A DNA stretch of 64,000 bases from NCBI GenBank assembly GCA_965644315.1, contig CBFFRQ010000081.1, forward strand, positions 124,001 to 188,000. The letters run 5' to 3'. A model generated the notes under the pieces. The model searched no databases and had not been told where the DNA came from. It was given only the letters and a program-made list of their open reading frames with translations. The translations under genes and the position numbers were made by a program. Each line of letters begins with the position of its first letter. Position 1 is the first letter of the stretch. Origin of the DNA: Caecitellus pseudoparvulus. Its lineage: Eukaryota; Protista; Bigyra: Bicosoecida. Below, piece after piece: positions 19,162 through 28,594 of this stretch.

Positions 19162-21525
19162 TCACTTCTGCAGCACGGAGGTCATGCGCACCACATCCCT
19201 TGCCAGCCTTACCAGGCCCCGTGCCCCTGGTTCCACGGCAGTTGCCACGGCGAGGCACTGCTTGTGTTCGACCAGGCGTTCCAGGGACTGCAGGCGCTCC
19301 AGGGGCAGCTTCCGAACCTCGCGCAGCAGGTGGTGGGGTGTGTTGCAGGGGGGGATGTGTGCCTCAGCATCGCTGGCATCCTCTGGCAGCGCGACTCCAA
19401 GGCCAGCAGTGAGGGCCTGCAGGGCTTCACGCGATTCCACGTCGTGTGTTTTCTGCCCCAGTTTCCACTGCACCTGGCCCAGCACCCATGCTGCGAAGGC
19501 TTCGTCCCCCAGCGCACCGCAGACCTTCGACAAGGCACCTGTGAGCGGGGGGCGCAAGGCGCCCAGCTCGCACGTTTGCAGCAGCTCGCTGGTCAGGCTG
19601 TGCAGCAGCAGCGCCGCATCAGGCTCAAGTTCACAGGGCAAGGGGGGCAAGGCCTGGCCCAAGGCTATCAGCGCAGACTGCGCGTCTCCACTGCGCAGCG
19701 TTTCAAACGCCGCCTCCACAACTGCTTCGTCGTGGTCGGAGGGCGCGACCAGGCTCGCGGCAGCTGACACAAGCGCACATGGCAGCACCTGTTCACGTAT
19801 CTGATGGCCTGGCGGTTGTGACTTGCCCTCTGCGGGAGCGCGGTGTTCCCAGCGTTTCACGAGGCCATGCGTTGTGGGCAACCCGCCAACGGTTTGCAGC
19901 GCCTTTGCGATGCCGGTGGCTACGTGCCAGGAGTCGGCGAGCTGCCGAGGCGGGTTCGAGTGGGCAATGGTTAGGAGCACGCTGCGCACGCTCTTCGAAG
20001 CTGCTTCGTAGTCAGCGGCGAGCGAAGCCCACGCCGGCGAGTCAATGGCTGCCACTTCAGCCGCCCATGTGAATGCCAAAGCACGGTGTTTGGAGTCTAG
20101 ACACGCCCGGGCGACTTTGGCGCTGGCCTTCAGCGCAATCAATGCGCGGTGTCGCAGTGACTCAACGTGGCCGGGGGGCATGCTTGGTTGAGACACGCCG
20201 CCTGCAAGCACCGCTTGCAGCGGGTCCAGAGATATTTCTTGTGGAGGGCTGGCGAGCACGCCCACGCAACTCGCTGCGACGTCGGCCAGGTGTTGAAGCG
20301 GCAGGGGCTGCCTGCTGACAGCCAGGCACCTCTGCGGCAGGGTTTCGCGCGGCCCCTGCATCAGCAACGCACGACCTGCGCAGCGAGACTCAAGGTGAGC
20401 CAGCACGTTAGATGCCGGCGAACTTTCTTGGCAGTGCTGCAGAAGGAGCAGCAGAGCAGACACGTCCAGCGGGCCAAGCAGCTCTTCAGCAGAGTAGTGA
20501 TGCAGTAGGAAAGACAGGCTGGTCAGGGGGTCGTCGTGAGAACTGTCAAGGTCGTGCTGGAGCTGGAGGTGTGGCTGTGCGACCGCACTGCCCAAAACGC
20601 CCAGCGATGGCGAGGCAGTGCTGGCAAGCGGAGTGGCGGCCAGGGGCGCCGCACGGGGCACAGGCAAGGCTGTGACGCCGACTCTGTCCCCACCGGAGGC
20701 TAGGACTTGCTGCAGCGCGCCTGCCACCGCTGCTGGCGTGTCAGTTGCAGTGCAGAGAAACCGCTGCACTTTGCGCACAAGCCGGCGGTGTTGCACCAGC
20801 GGCAAGGCAGGCAGGAGCGAAGGCAGCAAAGCAGCTGCACGTGTGCGCTGTGTGGTATCTCGCTGAGACCCGTTGGCGCTCTGTGAGTCAGCTCTTGACT
20901 CCGTGGCCCGCTGAAACGCCGCCTCACACGCTTCAAGCAACACGGACAGCTCCTCTGCACCCATGAGCCCGGAAAACTGCCCTGCAGCGGCACAGATGGA
21001 ACCTGTGAGCACCATGGCACTGTGGTGCAGTGGGCCGTGTTGGAGGGCCGTCGTGACGCCGCCCAGTAGTGCGAGGGCGACTGACGGCGGGTGGGGCGCG
21101 GTGGTCCGGGTCCAGTCGCGGATGGCCCGCAGAGCGGGGGCATCTGCACCCAGCAGCGCAGCCGCCACGCGTTGCTGGAAGACGCCCAGGAACACACTCG
21201 CCGCCTGCCCCATGTCTGGCAGGCGCGTGACCATGCCCAGCAGTTGCGTAATGTGCACGTCTGTGGCCGCGGCAGCACTGCTCAGCGCCTGCGCTTGTTC
21301 GGACAGGGGCGCGTCGGGTGCAGTCGTCGAAGCACTGCTGCAATAGGCTTGCTGACCAGGCAGACATGGCAGGCAAGCCGCGGCCCCGCCACCAGCTGCG
21401 TAGGCTGGCTTGTGCAGCGGCCACAGGTGGGGGCTTGTGAAGTGGCTGGCGCAGCAGCTGATGTGCACGTGGTGTGCGGAGGAGAAAGGGAGAAGAGCGC
21501 GACGAAGCGCCAGCCTCCGAGACAT
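19162..21525 (-). CDS. Hypothetical protein, probably mitochondrion-targeted, helical
   Basis: Long ORF. N-terminus MSRRLALRRALLPFSS resembles a mitochondrial presequence. No family recognised. Confidence 0.6.
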   Translation of the reverse strand: MSRRLALRRALLPFSSAHHVHISCCASHFTSPHLWPLHKPAYAAGGGAAACLPCLPGQQAYCSSASTTAPDAPLSEQAQALSSAAAATDVHITQLLGMVTRLPDMGQAASVFLGVFQQRVAAALLGADAPALRAIRDWTRTTAPHPPSVALALLGGVTTALQHGPLHHSAMVLTGSICAAAGQFSGLMGAEELSVLLEACEAAFQRATESRADSQSANGSQRDTTQRTRAAALLPSLLPALPLVQHRRLVRKVQRFLCTATDTPAAVAGALQQVLASGGDRVGVTALPVPRAAPLAATPLASTASPSLGVLGSAVAQPHLQLQHDLDSSHDDPLTSLSFLLHHYSAEELLGPLDVSALLLLLQHCQESSPASNVLAHLESRCAGRALLMQGPRETLPQRCLAVSRQPLPLQHLADVAASCVGVLASPPQEISLDPLQAVLAGGVSQPSMPPGHVESLRHRALIALKASAKVARACLDSKHRALAFTWAAEVAAIDSPAWASLAADYEAASKSVRSVLLTIAHSNPPRQLADSWHVATGIAKALQTVGGLPTTHGLVKRWEHRAPAEGKSQPPGHQIREQVLPCALVSAAASLVAPSDHDEAVVEAAFETLRSGDAQSALIALGQALPPLPCELEPDAALLLHSLTSELLQTCELGALRPPLTGALSKVCGALGDEAFAAWVLGQVQWKLGQKTHDVESREALQALTAGLGVALPEDASDAEAHIPPCNTPHHLLREVRKLPLERLQSLERLVEHKQCLAVATAVEPGARGLVRLARDVVRMTSVLQK

Positions 21526-21880
21526 GTCGTCCAAGAAATTAGGGGGCACTCTGAAACGGAAAAGGGGTGGTGGGCCAGCCACACATGAGATGCAATTCCG
21601 GCGGCACACGCAGCGCTGGTGTTGGCCCGCTTCCGTTTCACGCGAAACGCCGTGACGTCAGCTGAAAGATGCCTTGGCAGCGCGCTGTACCGCTCAGGCT
21701 GCAGAAAGACAGGTGGGCACACTTTGGTGCACCTCATGTATTGGCCCTCGGTTGAAGAATGACATGGTCCGGGTCTCTGTCACGTCAGGGGCCACCTGGG
21801 ACGGTGGCGAAGCCAAGCCAAGTTTGTGAACCAATATGTCTCGGGCCCAAGTGCAGCACATGCTCTCGCAACTGACTGCC

Positions 21881-22618
21881 TCACTTGCTTTGTATCCCCG
21901 GCAAGATGCGCTGCACAGCAGCTGCTGCCTGTGTGCCCACCACCGACACAGAGCTGTCCCCGAGACTATCGGTGGCTTCACTGCCCACTGCTGCGAGAAG
22001 GCGTTTCTGCAGCTCAGCATCTGTCGCAAGGGTGAACTCGTCAAAGTGGAAGCCAGGGGATACCGTGCACCCCACAAAGGCGTAGGGGGAGTTCTCTGGC
22101 AGAAACGCGCCGAACCAAGCCCCTGAACGCACCACATGCTGAGGTGCTGCGTTCACGTGGGCGTCTCCCGCGCTGCCCGCCGCGCTGTGTTCATGCACAG
22201 GGCATGTTGAGTCCAGGGCTGATACTCGCTGTGTGGGCCCTCCCAGGGCAGTGGCGGTGACAGAGCAAGGCACTTGGTCGCTGGACTGGGCTGTGCCGGC
22301 GAGAGCGGGTGCCGGCCGCACCTCCAGCACGACCAGAGGCCCGCCAGCATAGTGGTGCCATGTCTCATCACTGGCAATGCGGTGCAGGTGTGACACGCTG
22401 CCTTGCGTGAGGAGGAAGTAGATCATCGTCGCCACAGGACGGGGGCCGGAGAAGCGCCCAGCTGGCAGGGTGTCCACTGGCAACTGCAGCTGGCTTTCGT
22501 ACGTCCGAGCGTACCAGCCGCCCTCTGGATGGCGCTGCAGCTTGAACCGCTCGATGATGGCCTGTGCTTCCGCCGGCACCTCAGCCTCATCAACCTTGCC
22601 TTGGTCCTGGCTTGCCAT
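21881..22618 (-). CDS. DUF985 / Cupin_5 family protein
   Basis: LQRHPEGGWY, TMIYFLL, HLHRIASDETWHHYAG, PQHVV..GAWFGA, VGCTVSPGFHFDEF. Confidence 0.9.
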   Translation of the reverse strand: MASQDQGKVDEAEVPAEAQAIIERFKLQRHPEGGWYARTYESQLQLPVDTLPAGRFSGPRPVATMIYFLLTQGSVSHLHRIASDETWHHYAGGPLVVLEVRPAPALAGTAQSSDQVPCSVTATALGGPTQRVSALDSTCPVHEHSAAGSAGDAHVNAAPQHVVRSGAWFGAFLPENSPYAFVGCTVSPGFHFDEFTLATDAELQKRLLAAVGSEATDSLGDSSVSVVGTQAAAAVQRILPGIQSK

Positions 22619-22859
22619 GTGCGCCGTTTCACTTGCGTTTCGATCCGCGCAGTGTCCGATGCAAATGCTGCTCTGTGTCAAACGCCGGGGTTACCGATCC
22701 CTTTGGGTTGATGGTGTGGATAAAATACATCGTACTACATGGTAGGCATATCGAGAGTCAGCCGCTTTGGATTTCCTCGCCTTGGTGCAGTGCTGGTGTT
22801 GGTTCGCTGCGGCGAGACTGCAACGATACAAGCTTGGCCAGCAAACACCTGCCGCGAGC

Positions 22860-23303
22860 ATGGCTGCCGGCCACTCGTGGCATGGTGTGCTGCGTCGACT
22901 TGTAAAGCACAGCCAGGAATGGGGCGTGGTCCCCCAGCGAGTGGGTCCCACACCCCTTGACGTGTCCAAGTTCCGCTGGTCCAAGCACCAGACATTCCAG
23001 GAGTCACGCGCTGACCCCGTCAGCTTCGCCCTGGACCAGGTGCACGGGGCACTGCACCGCGTGGTCGCCCACAAAGAACACCGTCTGTTCCTGCGGGCAG
23101 CCCACGCCATTCGCGCACGGGCGCCAGACAGCCCCGGCGCAGCGGCAGAGGTGCAGGCAGCTGCGCTGCATGAGGCGATTGACCTGCTAAACACCGTCAA
23201 CACGCGCTGGCCACCGCCGCCAGCCTGGGCGCAGTACGTGCCGTATCCCCAGCGGCCCGATGATACACACCTGATGCGGCAGCCGCCTAGTGTTTCCCGG
23301 TGA
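22860..23303 (+). CDS. Small hypothetical protein
   Basis: ATG 22860, 147-aa ORF with coding-like composition, lying between a divergent and a convergent neighbour. Confidence 0.5.
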   Translation: MAAGHSWHGVLRRLVKHSQEWGVVPQRVGPTPLDVSKFRWSKHQTFQESRADPVSFALDQVHGALHRVVAHKEHRLFLRAAHAIRARAPDSPGAAAEVQAAALHEAIDLLNTVNTRWPPPPAWAQYVPYPQRPDDTHLMRQPPSVSR

Positions 23304-23396
23304 GGTGCTGGTGTATGCGGCCAGCCTGCCTGTTTGAGGGTCCCAAGCGACAATTCGCATGCCCCAGCGTTGCATGCATTTGGAAAGCGCTTGGCA

Positions 23397-24507
23397 TCAC
23401 CTGCGTGCGGCTTTTGCTGCACGGGCATGCACGGCGCCATCAGTTACCCGCTCAGCTGCGGCTGTGGCCGCTGAGCCAGCGTCTGTGGCGCCCTCTCCAC
23501 CGCCCAGGCGCTGCATGGCGCGCGTGAGCCACGTCAGAGCTGCCTGGGACACCTTTTCCACTTCATCTGACGCCGACTGCAGCGCTGAGCGGGCAGTGCT
23601 CTGCGCTTGGGCCGCCGCGAACGTCAGTCGGTTCAGCGTCGGCACTTTCATGGCTTCCAGGGACACGCCACGCGCCATGTTGCGAGCAATGTACTCATTG
23701 TACCTCTGAATGACACGCACGATGATGTCAGTGGTGGAGACGCTGGGCGTGCGCTGCGTTTCCAAGAAACGCCCCATGCGCTTCAGCTCGCCGTAAATGT
23801 CACCCGAGTCGCCGGAAGCACCGCTGGTGTCAGTGTACGGCGCGGCATCGTGGCAGACGAAGTCGATGTCGTGCTCTGTGCAGGTGCAGTGCAGGGGTGC
23901 ACGCGCATGCTCGCCCTGTGTGGCGCTTGCACGACGCACCGTCCAGAAACGCCGGCGTCAACACCCACGGCGCATTCTCCACCACCTCATCTACGTGGGC
24001 ACAGTGCGACAGGGCCGCGTAGCGTTCCGTGTCCAGCAGCACGGTCTGTCCCTTGTAGCTGTGGGTGAGGGCGTCGGAGCAGCACCCCACGATGAGGGTG
24101 GTGTTTGGGAACATGGTTTTGGCTTGTTGCAGTGCCTGCGCGAGTGAAGGGGGGGCGAGGCAGTGCAGCTTGGCAGCGCCTGCAGCACGGCCACGACCAC
24201 ACACCCTCGCATGGCCGTGGTGGAACAGGTCGAACACGCCATCTGCGAGGAAAGCACACGGACGGGTGGCGGTGCGACGAGGCGGATCAGCTGGTCTGCG
24301 CCAGCAGCTGCAAGGCCTACCTGCGTAGATTCTGACCGGCTTGTCGCCTCTGGCCTTCACACGCTGCATGACGTGGTCAGGGTACTTGGCAGCGAGTTCT
24401 TTGAAAACCTTGGGTTTGTTGTTGGACACTGGCTCAGGGCGGTGCAGGACGATGCGGCGTGGGGTTTCTTGCGGCGGCTCCCCGTTTCGCCCGCGTTTCG
24501 TCGCCAT
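23397..24507 (-). CDS. PCYT1: Choline-phosphate cytidylyltransferase (CCT), 4 exons
   Basis: Introns 24243-24320, 24136-24204, 23876-23939. [18 protein letters not shown] (HxGH), KGQTV, ERY...[40 protein letters not shown]. Confidence 0.93.
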
Positions 24508-24653
24508 CCCAGAAGAGTTGCGAGCGTCTCCTGTGCACAACGGAACCAATCAGAGGGGGAGCGTAACAGGACAGAAAGAAACACGCTCGCCCGGTTTCGG
24601 AGCAACCCAGTGTGTGTCTGAATTGCCAGGTGCGCGGCAGTGGTTTGGCAGCC

Positions 24654-26654
24654 TCACTTCTTGGACTTGCGCCCTGCCGCCTTGCGAGCGCTGGGGTCCA
24701 GCACTGCCTTGCGGATGCGGAAGATGTCCGGCGTCACCTCCAGCAGCTCATCCTCCCGCAGACTGGTGATGGCTTCCTCCAGGGTGAACTCCCGTGGCGG
24801 CGCCAGGCGGATGTTCTCGTCCGAACCGGCCGCACGCATGTTGGTCAGCTTCTTGGCTCGCACGGGGTTCACATCCAAGTCTGCAGACCGCACGTGTTCC
24901 CCCACGACCTGCCCCGTGTACACGGCGTCCCCTGGCTTCACGAACAGCACGCCTCGCGCCTCCAAATCGCGCAAGGCGTAAGCTGACACGACGCCGGGCG
25001 AGTTCGAGATGAGAGCGCCCTTGGCCGAGCGAGGGGCAGAGGAAGACACCTTGGGGCCGTAGTCGTAGTAGGCGCGGTGCAGGACCCCCGAGCCTCGGGT
25101 GTCCGTGCGGAATTCGCTCTGCAGCCCCAGCAGGCACCGAGAGGGAGCCCGGAACACCAGGCGCACACGGCCATCTGGTTCAGAGACGTAGTCCACTTGT
25201 TCTGCACCACGAACACGCATGCGGTCCAGCTGCACGGCGGTGTGTTCTTCCTGCACGTCCATCGTCACTTCCTCGTACGGTTCCAGCTCATTCCCGTCTT
25301 CGTCCGTCTTGAACACGACTCGGGGCGGAGAAACGCTCATCTCGTAGCCCTCGCGGCGCATGGTCTCCAGAATCACCGCCAGCTGCAGCTCGCCACGACC
25401 ACGCACCTCCACAGCCTCGCTGCGGCCGCCAGCGGACGCGGCTGCGTCCACAGTGATGGCGACATTGGACTCTGCTTCGCGTGCGAGGCGTTTCGCGATT
25501 TGTGCTGACGTCATGAACTTCCCCGCCTTGCCTGCCAGCGGCGAGTCATTCACGCCCACGACAATGCCCAGGGTGGGTGGGTCGATGGGGTCAGCAGGCA
25601 GCGGCGCGAGCACTGACTTGGACGCCACCGTCATGGACGGCGTCGCGTCACCGGCGCCAGCGAGAGTCACGATGTCACCAGGAAACGCCTGAGTCACCTC
25701 CACCCTGGCCGTGCCCTGTTGGGCCAGCACCTTTGTGATGCGCCCGTCAGGGAACGCCACGTCCCCCGTGCGAGTCAGGGCGTGCACGGAGTCACCCACT
25801 TTCACTGACCCAGACGACACCTTGCCCGTCACCAGCCTGCCCATGAACGGGTCCCCTGACATCTGCGTCACCAGGAAACGCAGGGGGTCCTCTGCGCTGC
25901 CACAGATGCTGGGGCGCGGCACGGTGTCCACGATGGCGTCCAGGATGGGCGTGACTCCAGCTGCGGCACGGGCCGCCTCGTCGAACACCAAATCCACATC
26001 GTCTGTCGCCCAGCCGTCCCGCGCTGAGGCGTACAGCGTCGGGTACTCGAGTTGGTCCTCATTCGCACCCAGTGCAATGAGCAGGTCCAGCACCTCGTCC
26101 TCCACGGGGCCGCCAACACGGCTGTCCTCCCGATCACATTTGTTGAACACCACTAGGGGTGTTAAGCCCCGGCGCAGAGCTTCAGACAGCACGAAGCGGG
26201 TCTGGGGACACACACCCTCCCGGGCATCCACCAGTAGCAGTGCCCCATCCACCATGGAGCAGATGCGCTGCACCTCGCCCGAGAAGTCAGCGTGGCCTGG
26301 CGTGTCCACCAGCTGCACTTTCGTGGCTCCGTGGTGGATGCTGGTGACCTTGCTGAGGATGGTGATGCCCCGCTCACGCTCCAAGTCGTTGGAGTCCATC
26401 ATGCGGTCCCCGGTCACAGACTCGGCCTGCCCACCCGCCTGCATCAGCCGGTCAACCATGGTGGTCTTGCCGTGGTCCACGTGGGCAATCACAGCGACAT
26501 TACGAATGTCGCTGTCCACACGCGTCCAGCTCAGCTCGGCGGCCGTGCTGCACGCCCGACGAGCCACAAACAGCGGAGTCGTCACTGGCACAGGGAAAGT
26601 TTGGGGAACCGCGCTGCGCCAGGCAAACGCGAATCGCCGCGCTGATTGCTGCAT
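24654..26654 (-). CDS. typA: TypA/BipA translational GTPase, organellar
   Basis: IRNVAVIAHVDHGKTT, ERERGITILSK, DTPGHADF, NKCD, GRGELQL..L.ETMRREGYE, KKLTNMRAAGSDE. Presequence-like N-terminus. Confidence 0.95.
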   Translation of the reverse strand: MQQSARRFAFAWRSAVPQTFPVPVTTPLFVARRACSTAAELSWTRVDSDIRNVAVIAHVDHGKTTMVDRLMQAGGQAESVTGDRMMDSNDLERERGITILSKVTSIHHGATKVQLVDTPGHADFSGEVQRICSMVDGALLLVDAREGVCPQTRFVLSEALRRGLTPLVVFNKCDREDSRVGGPVEDEVLDLLIALGANEDQLEYPTLYASARDGWATDDVDLVFDEAARAAAGVTPILDAIVDTVPRPSICGSAEDPLRFLVTQMSGDPFMGRLVTGKVSSGSVKVGDSVHALTRTGDVAFPDGRITKVLAQQGTARVEVTQAFPGDIVTLAGAGDATPSMTVASKSVLAPLPADPIDPPTLGIVVGVNDSPLAGKAGKFMTSAQIAKRLAREAESNVAITVDAAASAGGRSEAVEVRGRGELQLAVILETMRREGYEMSVSPPRVVFKTDEDGNELEPYEEVTMDVQEEHTAVQLDRMRVRGAEQVDYVSEPDGRVRLVFRAPSRCLLGLQSEFRTDTRGSGVLHRAYYDYGPKVSSSAPRSAKGALISNSPGVVSAYALRDLEARGVLFVKPGDAVYTGQVVGEHVRSADLDVNPVRAKKLTNMRAAGSDENIRLAPPREFTLEEAITSLREDELLEVTPDIFRIRKAVLDPSARKAAGRKSKK

Positions 26655-26932
26655 GGCGTGTGTGAGAACGGCGGCCAATTTCCGCACGGCACGCCGAGCC
26701 ACCCAACAGCGCACGCACTGCCACAGCGCAGGCAGCACTGGAGGAGTGCTGTTGTGAAGGACAGGATACAGCAGTTGCAAACCTCTTCGTGTCGTGTTGT
26801 GGCCGATGCCGCGGTTTGTGGAGGTGCACTTCATGTGCCTGCCTGCTGCGCTGCGAAGTGCATTCTTGCCAAGGCCGCTGCGCACACAACTGCGCAGCTG
26901 CAAACATGTGGAGTGCAAGGAAGGCAGGCCAT

Positions 26933-27878
26933 TTAGGCCTTGCTCTCCCCAGTGCTCTCCAAGTTCGTCGCCACGCGCTCCAGCAGCCCGTTCATGCGCT
27001 CCAGCAACGCAAGCACTGGCGCATCACTGGTGGCAGCGCCGCTCGCGCTGCCGGCTGGCGTGTACCCGTGCATGGAGCTGTCGATGGCAACTGCCTGCTC
27101 CTTGCCATCACCCACGAGGGTGGGCAAGCGCGCGTGGTCCTCTTCGTTCCCGCGGCCCAGCAGGATGCGGCGCGCTGAGAGGACGGCCGCCCGAAACGCA
27201 TCAGGGTCTGCCAGGGCCACCACGACCACCTCTGGCGCAGAGCTCTTCTCACCGCCGCCGGAGTTCCCAGCTGTCTGGATGGCCAACTTGAAGTGCGTCG
27301 TGCCGGGGGGCGTGTAGCCACAGAAGTCAGCGCAGCAGTTGGCTTCCAGAGCAACGTCTTGGATCTTCTCCAGCGGCACCATCTTGCGCTTCTGGCTGTA
27401 GCAGCAGCAGCCGCAGGTGTAGAAGTACGAGTCAAAGTACACGGCAGACTTCGTCAGCAGCAGGCGTGTCTTGGTCGCCTCCTCAGTGCGGGATTTGCCG
27501 CCCACACACGCATACACCAGCCCTGCCAGCGCACCCACGCCGTAAATGGCTGCCGTGCCAGCTACACACGTGCAAATGCGGAAGCAGGAGTATGAATCCC
27601 GGTGCACGAGGGCTGCGCGGGTGTGCGGGTGTGCGGGTGTGCTGTGCGGTGGCTGGCTGGCGAAGCTGGACATTTCCGAGAAGCACCCACCAGATGCGAG
27701 GACCTCCTCGCCGTCCACCTCACGGGGCACCTCATCCGACAACGGCGTTCGAGATGAATCTGTGGGCGTTTAAAGGGCAGGGTGAGCTCCAAGTGCAGTG
27801 CGGAGCGTGCCCGTCGCTGGGCGCGGAAATAGCGACATTGCCGCACCCCAGCGCAGCAGTCGCACCTGTCCCAGCCAT
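26933..27878 (-). CDS. Membrane protein with bacterial-type PH (bPH_2/YdbT-like) domain
   Basis: Probable introns 27760-27865 and 27613-27690. TM followed by LLLTKSAVYF...KMVPLEKIQDV...LAIQTAG...LADPDAFRAAVL. Cys clusters CGCCC and NCC. Confidence 0.7.
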
Positions 27879-28594
27879 GGCTGCAGGCGAGGATAGCTCG
27901 GCTATTGGGGATTAAAAATTAATAAAGATGTTCATTCACAGGTGCCTGGTTCTCAGGTGGAGTGTTTTTGCTCATGTGCCGGCAGTGCCCGGTCAAGCTT
28001 GCAGAGCGGCACATCGCCTGCGCAGCTGCAGAATCGTGCGGGGCTCAATTCACAGCGCACCAAACGCGAAGTTGAAGCATCAGAGGCTAATGCACTATCC
28101 GGCCGCGGCTTGCCTCAGCGCAAGTTTGCTTGGACTGGCCCTGGCCTGGCTTGCCGAGTCACCGCGCTCTGCTCGGACGAGGGAGAGGTTTGTCTCGCCC
28201 TTCTCGCCGTCCAGGGTTTAGCCTGCGCGTCTTGCTTCTGAGTTGTACCTTAGATCTCCCACTAGGTGGTTGTGCTGGCACTTCTGCTGCGGTGTTGAGA
28301 GCAGTGTGGTGGCTTCTGACCACGCCACTGTTTGCTTGCCAGCCACAGCATGCAGGGGGCTGGGGGTCCACCCGAGTCGCGAGCATGGAGCGAAGGGCAT
28401 CTGATGCAGCAGTTGCAGCGACTGCGAGTGGTGCAAGATCCATTGGCCTTCCAGGAGCAGCTGCGTGGCAGCTTGGAGCGTGGGGGGGGAAACGCTGATG
28501 AAACTGCGCCAGTTGGCGCTGACGCCTCCCACAGCCCGGCACCGGCGATTTCCGGCAAGCACAGCCCACACCCAGCCAGGTCCACTAGCCCATC

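Noticed and set aside
24654-26654. Intronless bacterial-like typA as recent HGT or contamination
   Set aside because: Has a presequence-like extension and host-like composition. Organellar TypA is known in eukaryotes, and other long genes here are also intronless.
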